A stretch of DNA of 64,000 bases from Geminicoccaceae bacterium (GCA_028285265.1 JANQPX010000079.1:109006-173005); one strand, 5' to 3'; positions 46,805-56,613 are shown, counted from the stretch's first letter. Program-made: numbers and translations. Notes: generated from the sequence alone by a model not told the origin.

Positions 46805-48532
46805 TTAGATGTCAGCGTAGGCTTTCACCTCAGCCTTGCCCCCTGGATGGGTGACAGCCCCTTTCTCTGCGGATCCAACAGTCTGGGCGTATTTCCAAAG
46901 CGTTCCCGAGGTATAGTCGTTCGGCAGGCTTTGGAAGGCTTGGCGTCGAGCGTTGAGCTCGTCTTCTGAGAGCTCCACATCCATCGTGCCGGCATCCGCA
47001 TCGATGGCGATGATGTCACCGTCCCGAAGAAGGCCGATCGGACCACCGACCGCAGCTTCCGGCCCGACATGGCCAATGCAAAAGCCGCGGGTGGCGCCCG
47101 AAAAACGTCCATCGGTGATCAAGGCAACCTTGTCACCATTGCCCTGACCGTAGATGGCTGATGTCACACCCAGCATCTCGCGCATGCCGGGCCCTCCTTT
47201 GGGGCCCTCATGGCGAATCACGATGACCTCGCCAGCTTCATAGTTGCGGGACTGGACAGCTGCCATGGCGGCCTCTTCCGAATCGAAGCAGCGTGCCGGC
47301 CCTCTAAATTTCAGTGACGCCAACCCGGCGATCTTCACGATTGCGCCCTCCGGCGCAAGGCTGCCTTTGAGCCCGACGACGCCGCCAACCTGCATGATCG
47401 GATTGGAGGTCGGGCGGATGATTGGCTGGTCAGGATTGAAGCTGACCGGTTCAAGGTTTTCGGCAATCGTTTTGCCGGTCACCGTGATACAGTCGCCGTG
47501 GAGGTACCCACCTTCCATCAGGGCTTTCATCAACAGCGGCACACCACCAATGTCGTGGAGATCGCGCATCACATATTGGCCCGCTGGCTTCAGATCCGCG
47601 ATATAGGGCGTACTGCGAAAGATCTCGCAAACATCGTGAAGATCAAAATCGATGCCGCATTCATGGGCGATCGCCGGCAGATGAAGTCCGCCATTGGTCG
47701 AACCGCCGGACGCTGCGATAACTCGAGCGGCATTCTCCAGCGATTTTCGCGTGACGATGTCGCGCGGGCGGATGTTCTTGGCGAGGAGATCCATGACAGC
47801 CTCACCGGAGGCCTCGGCCCACTGATCTCGGGTTTCATAGGGCGCAGGCGTGCCGGCAGAGCCGGGAAGCGCCAAGCCAATGGCCTCGGAAACACACGCC
47901 ATCGTGTTCGCCGTGAACTGGCCGCCGCAGGAGCCGCCGGACGGGCAAGCAACTTGCTCGAGCTCGTGCAAGTCCTCCTCGCTCATGTCGCCGACGGCAT
48001 GACGCCCGACCGCCTCAAACACGTCTTGAACGGTCACATCCTTACCGCGAAACTTACCGGGCAGGATCGACCCGCCATACATGAAGACCGACGGAACATT
48101 GAGCCGCACCATGGCCATCATGATGCCCGGTAGGGTTTTGTCGCAGCCGGCTAAGCCGACCAGCGCATCATAGGCGTGGCCGCGCATGGTGAGCTCGGTG
48201 CTGTCGGCGATCACTTCCCGGGAGATCAAGGACGATTTCATGCCCTGATGACCCATGGCGATGCCGTCGGTCACCGTGATTGTCGTGAACTCCCGGGGGG
48301 TGCCGCCGGATTTGGCCACACCGCGTTTCGCGGCTTGAGCCTGCCGTGCGAGCGTAATGTTGCACGGCGCCGCTTCGTTCCAGGTGGTAACCACGCCGAC
48401 AAAGGGCTGCTCGATATCGGCGGTCGTGAGGCCCATCGCATAATAATAGGAGCGGTGTGGTGCACGGTCCGGGCCAACTGTCGAATAGCGGCTCGGCAGC
48501 TTGGATTTGTCGAAAACGGTGCGGGTGGCCAT
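46805..48532 (-). CDS. ilvD: dihydroxy-acid dehydratase (IlvD/Edd family, short type)
   Basis: [38 protein letters not shown] and [11 protein letters not shown] motifs, 575 aa. A sugar-acid dehydratase of the same family cannot be excluded. Confidence 0.85.
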   Translation of the reverse strand: MATRTVFDKSKLPSRYSTVGPDRAPHRSYYYAMGLTTADIEQPFVGVVTTWNEAAPCNITLARQAQAAKRGVAKSGGTPREFTTITVTDGIAMGHQGMKSSLISREVIADSTELTMRGHAYDALVGLAGCDKTLPGIMMAMVRLNVPSVFMYGGSILPGKFRGKDVTVQDVFEAVGRHAVGDMSEEDLHELEQVACPSGGSCGGQFTANTMACVSEAIGLALPGSAGTPAPYETRDQWAEASGEAVMDLLAKNIRPRDIVTRKSLENAARVIAASGGSTNGGLHLPAIAHECGIDFDLHDVCEIFRSTPYIADLKPAGQYVMRDLHDIGGVPLLMKALMEGGYLHGDCITVTGKTIAENLEPVSFNPDQPIIRPTSNPIMQVGGVVGLKGSLAPEGAIVKIAGLASLKFRGPARCFDSEEAAMAAVQSRNYEAGEVIVIRHEGPKGGPGMREMLGVTSAIYGQGNGDKVALITDGRFSGATRGFCIGHVGPEAAVGGPIGLLRDGDIIAIDADAGTMDVELSEDELNARRQAFQSLPNDYTSGTLWKYAQTVGSAEKGAVTHPGGKAEVKAYADI

Positions 48533-48768
48533 GGTGATTTCCTAGCTCAGCTTGGCTTTTCTTGTGATGAAGTTGCCAGAACATAGGCCGAGCCCGTCGC
48601 TATGCCTAGGCGAAGAATTCGCCGGTTTGCCTTCAATCTGTCAAATTTTTCCCGGAATCAGGGGGGCTAAGGGTCAAAACCTCGCTCAATGCGGAATTTG
48701 ATCCGTCCCTAGGACGTTTATTGTTCAAGGGAGCAAAGCGGGGGATGGATCAACAACGCTGGCGTTGA

Positions 48769-49650
48769 ATGTCAATGGCCACCAACCCACCGATGAAAGG
48801 GCGCGCGGCAGCGCTCAAATCCTGGTTCGATGTTCAGATCGACAAACCGTCACACATCGTCGACCTTTTGATCGAGGAACGGGCCGGGCGGCTAATCCAG
48901 CATCCGTTGCTTTGGCAGGCGGTTCGCCAAGTCTTCTATCCGCTCTTGAAGTATGAAGATGCCATACGACTGGCGGATGCCGTTGCCAATCTCTCTGGAT
49001 TTGAGGCCTTCAGCTTGGTGAGCCGAGAGCTTGCCATCAAAACGGAGGTGAGGGGCCTCAACCATGTTCCTTCAAGGGGGTTCGTCTTCGTCGTCGCAAA
49101 CCATCCGACGGGTATCGCCGATGGCATCGCGGTATTCGACGGCCTGGCACCCCTAAGGCCGGATCTTTGCTTCATGGCCAACCGCGACGCCATCCGTGTG
49201 GCCAAAGGGCTCTCGGATATCATCATTCCGGTGGACTGGCGCCCGGCCTATCGCACAACAGCAAAGACCAGGGAGACGGTGCAGGGTCTAACAAGAGCCG
49301 CACGTGACCAGCGTCCTGTGGTCATCTTTCCGTCCGGTCGCCTCGCCTATATGACCATGAATGGGCTTCGCGAACGCCCCTGGCTATCGACCACGGTTTC
49401 GCTCGCCCGGCGCTATGGAGCGCCGATCATTCCCCTTCGAATTAGCAGCCGAAACTCCTGGCTCTACTACAGCCTTGCCCAGGTCAGCAACGAGCTGCGT
49501 GATATCACCGTGTTTAACGAGCTCCTCAACAAGCGCTATGCGCGGGTCGGATTGACCTTTGGCGCGCCGATCGATCCATCGGCGCTTCCGGACGACCCGG
49601 ATGTCGCAACAGACCAGCTTCAGCATCTGGTCGAATGCGAGATGGCCTGA
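48769..49650 (+). CDS. lysophospholipid/PlsC-like acyltransferase family protein
   Basis: FVFVVANHPTGIADG acyltransferase motif, and VVIFPSGRL. Confidence 0.6.
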   Translation: MSMATNPPMKGRAAALKSWFDVQIDKPSHIVDLLIEERAGRLIQHPLLWQAVRQVFYPLLKYEDAIRLADAVANLSGFEAFSLVSRELAIKTEVRGLNHVPSRGFVFVVANHPTGIADGIAVFDGLAPLRPDLCFMANRDAIRVAKGLSDIIIPVDWRPAYRTTAKTRETVQGLTRAARDQRPVVIFPSGRLAYMTMNGLRERPWLSTTVSLARRYGAPIIPLRISSRNSWLYYSLAQVSNELRDITVFNELLNKRYARVGLTFGAPIDPSALPDDPDVATDQLQHLVECEMA

Positions 49651-50008
49651 TCTAAAAAAAATCATGAAGCGTGACGTGGTTCACACTTTTTTAGGTTAAC
49701 CGATGGCATGATGCTCGTGGATAGAGCGTCGCTGATCGGCGTAAGACAAGGCATTTTAAGCCTAGCCGTTCGACTTTGATCCGCTGAATTTAAGCCAGTG
49801 CTTTTGAAAGTAACGAGAGCCGTGTCGGCGACCTTTGGCCGGGCGGCGGCAGTTTTCAAAACCGGGTACGGCGCGGTGCGGGACCATGTCCCGCACCGTG
49901 ACCGGTTAGCCTTCCCCCTCCAATCCAGTCTTGGCAAACCGCCGACCATACAAGGGCCCATGAGGTGGCCGAAACTGATCTATCTGACATCGCCATCTGG
50001 CTGATGCA

Positions 50009-51574
50009 TCATGCATAGCGGAAGGGGTGATATTGGTAGAGCCAGGTTTCGGTGAGCGTTTTCTCGCCCAATTGCAGATAAAGTCGTAAGTTGACGGGTT
50101 CATTCCCCTCGACCTCAAGGTCGAAAAACGCGCGCCAGTTTTTGGTACCCACGACCTGAAGCGCATAGTCATTGCTGATGGTGCCGGTCGATGTGCTAAT
50201 GACCGGCTTGACCTCATCAAGCTTCTCAACGTCCTTAAGGGGACCGCCCTCAAAATCGATCACGAACTTCTTGATCCCTTCGGGCCGCGGTTGGCCTGGA
50301 ACGCCACCATTACCGAGGCGGGTGTGGATCACCCGGGCCACGGATTCCGGAGGATAGGGCTCCTCGGCATTCCAAAAGAGGCGGTAATTGAAGGTCCATT
50401 CCGACCCTGCTTTCACGTTCTCTTCCGGCAGCCAGTACATCACGATGTTGTCATGGATCTCATCGTCGGTCGGGATCTCGACTAGCTGAACCGCGCCTTT
50501 CCCCCAATCGTCCGTGGGCTCGATCCAAACACTTGGACGGCGCTCGTAAAAGACTCCGTCATCCTCATAATTGTGGAATGCACGGTCCCGCTGCATCAGG
50601 CCGAAGCCGCGAGGATTGTCGTCAACGAAGCTATTGGTCATGACCGTCGTTGGGTTGTTCAGCGGTCGCCAAAGCCGCTCACCTGACCCCGTCCACATAG
50701 CGAGCCCATCGCTATCATGGATTTCCGGGCGCCAGTCTCTCGCTTGATGGCGGTTGTGTTCGCCAAACCAGAACATCGAGGTCAACGGGGCGATCCCCAA
50801 GCGTTGAATGTCCTTTCGGGCGAAGAACCGGGTCTCGATATCCTGCTGCACGGTGCCGTCATTCACATTGGACATGCGAATGGCACCGGTGACGCTCGGA
50901 CCGTCGACGAGCGCGTAGATCGTGAACTCTTTACTGTTGGCCGTTCCTGGCTGCAGCCAAAAGGCCGTAAACCGAGGAAATTCCTCCGGCGTCGAGAGGG
51001 CTGTGTCGATCGCAATCGCCCGTGCCGAAAGGCCGTATTGATCGAGCTCACCCGAACTTCGGAAATAGGCACCGCCTAAAAGTGCCAGCCAGTCCGTCGT
51101 CGCATCCTGACCATCCTGGAGGCGAAACCCGGCAAAACCGAGATCATCTGGGAGCTTTTCGTCAAGGCCCGTATCGCCAAAGGTAAAGTAATCGGGATGG
51201 TAGATAACCCGACGCGCCTGGCCCTGTTCCAGCCAGTGGATTTTCACCGGCGCTTGAAAGTAGCGTCCGAGATGAAACAGCTGCACCGGGAAGTTGACAT
51301 TGGTACCTTCGCCGAGCCCAAGTTCGCGTTTGAAGACAATCTGCTGAAAGGCATCATAGTCAATCGTCTGCAATATATCGGGGTGGCGAATTTCAGGGTC
51401 CTGATAGTCCGCCTGGGCAAGCGCTTTAGCTTCAGCGATGAGTTCATCGAAGCTAAAAGGGGCTGGCTCGCCGAGTTCGACCTTGGCCCGATCGGCAAAG
51501 GCCGCTTTGGCCCCAAGGCCCGACGCTGCACCGATCACGGCAGCTGTCTCCAAAAAGTGGCGTCTGTTCAGCAT
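50009..51574 (-). CDS. opgD: periplasmic glucan biosynthesis protein, MdoG/OpgG-OpgD family, Tat-exported
   Basis: Twin-arginine leader MLNRRHFLETAAVIGAASGLGAKAAFA, and family blocks (FRSSGELDQYGLSARAIAIDT, DNPRGFGLMQRDR). No opgH is adjacent. Confidence 0.8.
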   Translation of the reverse strand: MLNRRHFLETAAVIGAASGLGAKAAFADRAKVELGEPAPFSFDELIAEAKALAQADYQDPEIRHPDILQTIDYDAFQQIVFKRELGLGEGTNVNFPVQLFHLGRYFQAPVKIHWLEQGQARRVIYHPDYFTFGDTGLDEKLPDDLGFAGFRLQDGQDATTDWLALLGGAYFRSSGELDQYGLSARAIAIDTALSTPEEFPRFTAFWLQPGTANSKEFTIYALVDGPSVTGAIRMSNVNDGTVQQDIETRFFARKDIQRLGIAPLTSMFWFGEHNRHQARDWRPEIHDSDGLAMWTGSGERLWRPLNNPTTVMTNSFVDDNPRGFGLMQRDRAFHNYEDDGVFYERRPSVWIEPTDDWGKGAVQLVEIPTDDEIHDNIVMYWLPEENVKAGSEWTFNYRLFWNAEEPYPPESVARVIHTRLGNGGVPGQPRPEGIKKFVIDFEGGPLKDVEKLDEVKPVISTSTGTISNDYALQVVGTKNWRAFFDLEVEGNEPVNLRLYLQLGEKTLTETWLYQYHPFRYA

Positions 51575-51703
51575 CGATTTGGTGTATCCCGATAATTGAG
51601 AAGAACCCTCGAGGACGAGGGGTTGGGCAACAAGCGCCTCAACAATAGATAAAATGCCCTGAGGTCAAGCCTGATGAGGGCTGAACCTGAATTTCTGGAA
51701 CGA

Positions 51704-51735
51704 GAAAAGCGGGCTAGGAGACCAGCCCGCTTTTC
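51704..51735 (-). terminator. intrinsic (bidirectional-type) terminator downstream of the TAXI-OmpA gene
   Basis: GAAAAGCGGGCT (51704-51715), 8-nt loop, AGCCCGCTTTTC (51724-51735). This is a perfect 12-bp stem with A-tract and T-tract arms, 52 nt past the stop at 51787. Confidence 0.7.
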
Positions 51736-51786
51736 ACTCGTGGCAGGGTTTAGGGCGTTACCAGTAACGCCGCAGCCGAGCGCTCA

Positions 51787-53379
51787 TCAGATCGAGGCTC
51801 TTGCTTTCCATGCCGGTACATCGTCATCAGCCCCCGGCGATGCTGCTTGCGCAGGCTCGCCCGGCGTCTCGATAACTTTGGGTGTGACCCTGATCTCAAC
51901 CCGTCGGTTTTGCGGCTGATATTCCCGTCCATCGTCAATGGCAGGTGTATCGGCACCATGTGTTTCCAGAGTGATGTCATGTCCAGCGACGCCGAAAGTG
52001 TCCTTGAGGACGTTCATGACTGCTGTGGCGCGAACCTCGGCGAGATAGGCGTTGTAGGCTGGATCGCCGGAACGATCAGCATGGCCACTGATCTCGATAT
52101 TGGCGTTGGTGAGGTTGTCGGCAAACGCGCTGACTTCAGCCAGTTCTTGAACGCCGACCCCACTGACGGCCTTCTCATTCAAACCGAAATAGACAACGAA
52201 GGTCTTGCCGTTGTCATCGCGCGGCAAACCTGGTGACGGTGCTGGGCTCCAGGCCGCGGTCGCTGATGAATCCAATGTTGCTGCGATCTGGCTTACCCTG
52301 GCTTTGAGCGCACCGTTGGGGTCGTAGGCTGCCGATCCGGCGCCGCGAACATCGTCGGCGAGAGCGACTTCGAGATTGGCGTCAGGTCCGAGAAGACCCA
52401 CCTCTTGGAAATAGCGAAGAGCGCCGGGGTGGAGTGGCATTGGCACGCCGACCAAGGCCCGATCCAACGATGTCTCGTACATCGCGTCATGGATCGTACG
52501 AAGGAAGTCGAGATTTTCGAAAACCGACTTTGTCACCTGGTAGACGACCTCATCGTCAACATCAGAGCGGGCCACCAGGAGGTTCGACTTTGCCACGGTT
52601 TGGATGTCTTCCGTCTGACCGGGATAGGTCGCGGCTGGTATGACATAAGGAGTCCAAAGACCCAGGCCGCCGTCGGCTTGAGCGATCTGATCATCGGTAA
52701 ACGACAGGAGCGTATGGCGTCCATCAGAACCGGCTAGCAGTTTCTCGACATGCGGGGCAGGTGGGCGTATCGGCGTGCTCATCGCCATGATTTCACCCCG
52801 TGCCAGCGCTTCTGAGCTTTGCAAGTAGTTGAGGTGAGTCAGACTAAAGCTGCTGTCGACATCAATGCCCAAATGCGAGAGCAAGAGCCGATTGGACTCA
52901 ATCGGTCCCGGGCCTTCCACGCCCATGGAGACGGGCATGCCCTCCAACTCATCAAGGTCGGCGATGGTGCCGGACTTCTCATAAGTCTTATCGATCACGA
53001 AATGATCGGCATCCCGCCACAGCATGGCGACGGCGCGTAAGGAGTCGTCGGGAGGTTCGCCGGCAAAGGTGCCTGTTCCGGTCCTTGCGAAGTGACCGAA
53101 CATCGCCTGGAGGATAGCGAACTGCGCCTGGTCGTTTTGCAACATGCGCACGTTTTGGACAAAGCCTTGGCTTTCGACCGCGGAGAGGTCCATTTTGTAT
53201 TGTGGCATGAGTTTGACTTTGGCGAGCGATGAAATGCCCACGCCGACGGCAAAGGACTTGCCGGATGTCCGACCTGTCGCGAGCGTATATCCGTCCGCTG
53301 CGGCTAAGGTCGACTGACTTACGAACGCCATGGCAAGCATGGCCGTCAACATTCCGTTACCTAACCTACTCAATGGCAT
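51787..53379 (-). CDS. TAXI-family TRAP solute-binding protein fused to a C-terminal OmpA-like peptidoglycan-binding domain
   Basis: Signal peptide. TAXI blocks (IPAATYPGQTEDIQTV, VVYQVTKSVFENL, PLHPGALRYFQEVGLL). After a linker of about 60 aa comes an OmpA_C-like domain (ISGHADRSGDPAYNAYLAEVRATAV, QPQNRRVEIRV). Confidence 0.8.
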   Translation of the reverse strand: MPLSRLGNGMLTAMLAMAFVSQSTLAAADGYTLATGRTSGKSFAVGVGISSLAKVKLMPQYKMDLSAVESQGFVQNVRMLQNDQAQFAILQAMFGHFARTGTGTFAGEPPDDSLRAVAMLWRDADHFVIDKTYEKSGTIADLDELEGMPVSMGVEGPGPIESNRLLLSHLGIDVDSSFSLTHLNYLQSSEALARGEIMAMSTPIRPPAPHVEKLLAGSDGRHTLLSFTDDQIAQADGGLGLWTPYVIPAATYPGQTEDIQTVAKSNLLVARSDVDDEVVYQVTKSVFENLDFLRTIHDAMYETSLDRALVGVPMPLHPGALRYFQEVGLLGPDANLEVALADDVRGAGSAAYDPNGALKARVSQIAATLDSSATAAWSPAPSPGLPRDDNGKTFVVYFGLNEKAVSGVGVQELAEVSAFADNLTNANIEISGHADRSGDPAYNAYLAEVRATAVMNVLKDTFGVAGHDITLETHGADTPAIDDGREYQPQNRRVEIRVTPKVIETPGEPAQAASPGADDDVPAWKARASI

Positions 53380-53548
53380 CTCTAAGGCCCCCTATTGCGT
53401 TGCCGGTCGTGCCCAAATGCGCTCGGCCCCGTCGTCGTTGATCGATCCTGCATCGACCTTTTGCAGCCTTGCCGCAGTTTATCCTGCAAGCTTGTCGTCT
53501 CTGGGTTGCAAAACTTTCTGCCAGATCTACTTCTCAGAAAAACAAAAA

Positions 53549-53578
53549 AATATCCGCAAAATTTGCCATGAATGTCAA
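53549..53578 (-). promoter_or_regulatory. candidate sigma70-type promoter for the TAXI-OmpA gene
   Basis: On the minus strand: TTGACA (53578-53573), an 18-nt spacer, then GATATT (53554-49). Motif match only. Confidence 0.25.
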
Positions 53579-53837
53579 GCGATCCTTGAGTTTTCCACAG
53601 GAAATCGCAGCAAATGCGCAGCAAGGCTGCCCAATAAGACACAAATCGATTGGTTCGGGACTTTAAGCGGTGAAAGTCACGGGGTGGAAACAATCTTGAC
53701 GCGTTTGAAAATGCCGCCTTGATTAATTGACGAAATGACCTCGTCTACATCAGCAACTCTTGATCAGAACCTCCTGCCGCATCTCGAGATTTTCGTCCTA
53801 GAGCACGACGTTGTTGTCATGCTGAGGTGGGACACGA

Positions 53838-55094
53838 TCAAAGCATGGCGCGCCGCCGCCAATGGGAGGGGGGAGTCCACCAATTGCCTTGAGGTTGGCG
53901 TTGAAGCGTCTCTGCCGGTGGGACAGTGGCTTCCGCGTCAACATCATCGTCATCAGGAGCGGCTGGAAGTAAGGGGCCACCAATACCCGGACGACCGGCG
54001 GTCGCAACATCTTCATCAGGATAGTGTTCGGTCGGAAATTTCAGCGGTGTGTCATCGTCTCCTGGAAGCGGCGTTCCGGCGGGGGTCGAGGGGGTATTGC
54101 TCGCAGCTGGCGTCGGGATCAGCCCGGTCTCTTGGTAATAGCGGAGGGCACCGGGGTGCAGGGGGAGAACCACGCCGGCGAGTGCCGTTTCCAGTGAGAG
54201 ATTGGCCAGGATCGGATCGACATGTTCAAGATAGGCCAGATTTTCAAAGACACTCTTGGTCAGCGCATAGACGACATCGTCACCGATATCCGTCCGAACC
54301 ACCAAGAGGTTGGAAAGCGCTATCGTGGCAATGTCCTCATTTTGTCCGGGATAGGTGTCGACGGGGATGGTGAAGGGAGTCCAGAGCCAGTGATTACCAT
54401 TCACACGCGCGAGCTGGTCTTCATCGACATCGAGAATGCGAAGCGCCAAGTCGGAGGCTTCGAAGACCTCATTGAACATCGGCTCTGGCGCCATCGCCAT
54501 CACGCTCAACGCATCGATGTCGCCTCGTTTGATCGCCTGGATCTCGTCCCCAATCCGCACCGGGGCGAGATCGGCAGGCTGACCGGCATCCATGCCAAGG
54601 TCGGCAAACAAAAGGCGATTCGCATCGATCATGCCTGTCGAGGCATCGCCAAAGAACATCCTCGGGTCGGTCAAGGCAGCGACATCGTCGATGGTACCCG
54701 TTTTGACATCGTCGGCGCGAATGATGAGATGAAGGGCATCCAGCCAAAGTCCTGCCACAGCGCGAAAGCCCGTTGCTGGTGCGTTGCCATGAAACGAGCC
54801 GATTCCCAGTCTCGCGGTGTGACCGATGGCCGATGGCAAAATGGCGAGATCGGCATCGCCATTGCGCAGCAAACCCACCGTTTCAATTGGCCCGTCGGAG
54901 GAGAGCGTTTTGACGTCGATACCGTTGTTCGGCAGGAGCTCCATCTTGATCAATGAAGACAGCGCAACGCCAGCGTTGTGGGCAGGAGCATTAGCGTGAC
55001 CGTTGGCCAAGACTAACATTTCTCCGGCTGATGCGGCACTTGCGCTTATCAGGACCCATAAGCCTAGCATGCGCCGAGAGATCGCGACGATCAT
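53838..55094 (-). CDS. TAXI-family TRAP solute-binding protein paralogue with a Pro/Asp-rich C-terminal tail
   Basis: Signal peptide. TAXI blocks (IPVDTYPGQNEDIATI, VVYALTKSVFENL, PLHPGALRYYQETGLI). These are followed by about 100 aa of low-complexity P/D/T-rich sequence. Confidence 0.8.
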   Translation of the reverse strand: MIVAISRRMLGLWVLISASAASAGEMLVLANGHANAPAHNAGVALSSLIKMELLPNNGIDVKTLSSDGPIETVGLLRNGDADLAILPSAIGHTARLGIGSFHGNAPATGFRAVAGLWLDALHLIIRADDVKTGTIDDVAALTDPRMFFGDASTGMIDANRLLFADLGMDAGQPADLAPVRIGDEIQAIKRGDIDALSVMAMAPEPMFNEVFEASDLALRILDVDEDQLARVNGNHWLWTPFTIPVDTYPGQNEDIATIALSNLLVVRTDIGDDVVYALTKSVFENLAYLEHVDPILANLSLETALAGVVLPLHPGALRYYQETGLIPTPAASNTPSTPAGTPLPGDDDTPLKFPTEHYPDEDVATAGRPGIGGPLLPAAPDDDDVDAEATVPPAETLQRQPQGNWWTPPSHWRRRAML

Positions 55095-55592
55095 AATTTG
55101 TCTCCCGATACGCCCTGGATAAGACCATCACATGCGCTGATGGGGCTCTCATCCCGTTAAAACGTAGGGTTGTTGATTGGTTGTGGATTAAACTACCTGA
55201 AGGGGTAGTTACTGTGGTCGCTGAGATATTGTCAATATCAACTATAAAATAAATATATTTCGAATTTTATTTGATTTTTAATTGAGAACGCATGCTGGTA
55301 GCGAGCCGTTACGACAGTAGCCAGGAGGGTCGGTGCATCGTGATCCCGTATCGCTCTATCACCACTCTCGAGTCGGTAATGCGATTCTTTACCAGTCTTT
55401 CCAAGAGGTTCCGCGCCAGGCTCAAGACGAGATTGTTGCGATGACGGCCACTCATCGTCCTGCCTGTTGCTGTGATGCTTCAGCAATAAATAAAATTTTA
55501 TATAAATCCAACTTTACGATGGCATGATTTGGGTATTCAGGTGTTCACATGTGGATGTTGCCTAAAGATCGTTAGCGCTGCTGGGAGTAGGA

Positions 55593-55805
55593 ATGATGCT
55601 TTTGCAGATGGCGGTTCGTTCAGGTTGTCGTATTCGACATAGAGATTGGCCGCCTTATCATTACGCGGAGATGCGGAAGACTGGAGATGGGGAAGTGCGG
55701 CTTTGCCGGATTATCCCGCAAAGCGATTTGCCACCGATTGAGGTCCAGATCGATTCGCTTTCCGATGATACCAATTGGAAAATTCTCGATTTGCCGCCGG
55801 AGTGA
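55593..55805 (+). CDS. small hypothetical protein (70 aa), tentatively DUF2829-like
   Basis: AVRSGCRIRHRDW near the N-terminus and DDTNWKIL near the C-terminus recall the DUF2829 pattern (from memory, unverified). GC3 counted by hand is 37 of 70 codons. It overlaps an equally unconvincing antisense ORF. Confidence 0.35.
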   Translation: MMLLQMAVRSGCRIRHRDWPPYHYAEMRKTGDGEVRLCRIIPQSDLPPIEVQIDSLSDDTNWKILDLPPE

Positions 55806-56327
55806 TCCGCGCCTGCGGGTCGTAACGGAAGGGGGGCAGACCTGATCATGGGGGATGACGAGCTGATGAGAGGGGGATCTCATCGGCTCATCATGTCGGG
55901 TGCATGTGACGACTGGTCTCTCATCAATCAGGTCTAAAACCGACCGCTGCCATCTTTTGATCGCGGGCCGCATCATCGGCAGCTCGACCGGTCATTGTCG
56001 ACGTGCTCTTTGGTGTTGAACAGTCCCTCGGACAGGAGGGGTGCAAGCGTCCTCCGCTCTCGGCTTCTTTACCGGCGGCGATGCTGATGAGCGATCTGAG
56101 CTAGGCGTACTGGCAGTGGTTTGGGCCAAGCTTTGCACTGACGTCGTTTTGACCGGCATCGAACAGAGTCGCTGACGAACTCTTCAATCTCTTTTCCTTG
56201 GGTCTCCAGCAAACCCCTTCATCCCGTTCGATGATCGACGGCCAACGTCGTGACAATTCGGGCTGGACCCTTGGCATGCTCAGAATTCGTCCTACCCTCA
56301 ACAAAGAACGACAATAAAAGAGGCGAG

Positions 56328-56465
56328 ATGGTTGTGGAGGCAGTGTTGTGCGACACCGAACCCGCCGCTGACCGCTCCGGTGTCTTGATCGGCATGGCGG
56401 CTTGTGCGCTAAGCGGCGGCATTATGGGCTTTATCGCTGGATTCCTTGTCGGGGTTTGGTTTTAG
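56328..56465 (+). CDS. small membrane peptide (45 aa) with a glycine-zipper TM helix
   Basis: ATG is preceded by AAGAGG. The C-terminal TM GVLIGMAACALSGGIMGFIAGFLVGVWF contains a GxxxGxxxGxxxG motif. Confidence 0.4.
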   Translation: MVVEAVLCDTEPAADRSGVLIGMAACALSGGIMGFIAGFLVGVWF

Positions 56466-56613
56466 GCTCTTTGTCTGGATCGACGGTCCGGGTCTAACGA
56501 GCTCGGCTCCTATGGTTTAGGGCGTTTGCCGCCTTTCAGGCCTTAACCTTTGATTTACCCTGTTCTGGCAAAGTGGTCAGATCGAGCTGTTCGTTTCGGG
56601 ATGACCATCTGCT

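Noticed and set aside
54222-54956. 244-aa plus-strand ORF inside the TAXI paralogue
   Set aside because: Shadow ORF. The minus-strand frame has the signal peptide and TAXI blocks.
41312-55094. Idea that the two TAXI proteins are the missing receptors of the DctQM permease
   Set aside because: TAXI receptors normally pair with fused QM permeases, whereas this is a split DctQ/DctM pair of the DctP-dependent type. The genes are also more than 8 kb apart, on opposite strands, and separated by unrelated genes.
55263-55497. MITE-like element bounded by the inverted repeat AATTTTATTT
   Set aside because: It is only a 10-bp match within very AT-rich DNA, where chance matches are likely. There are no target-site duplications and no second copy in the window. 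It is kept only as a note within the islet finding.
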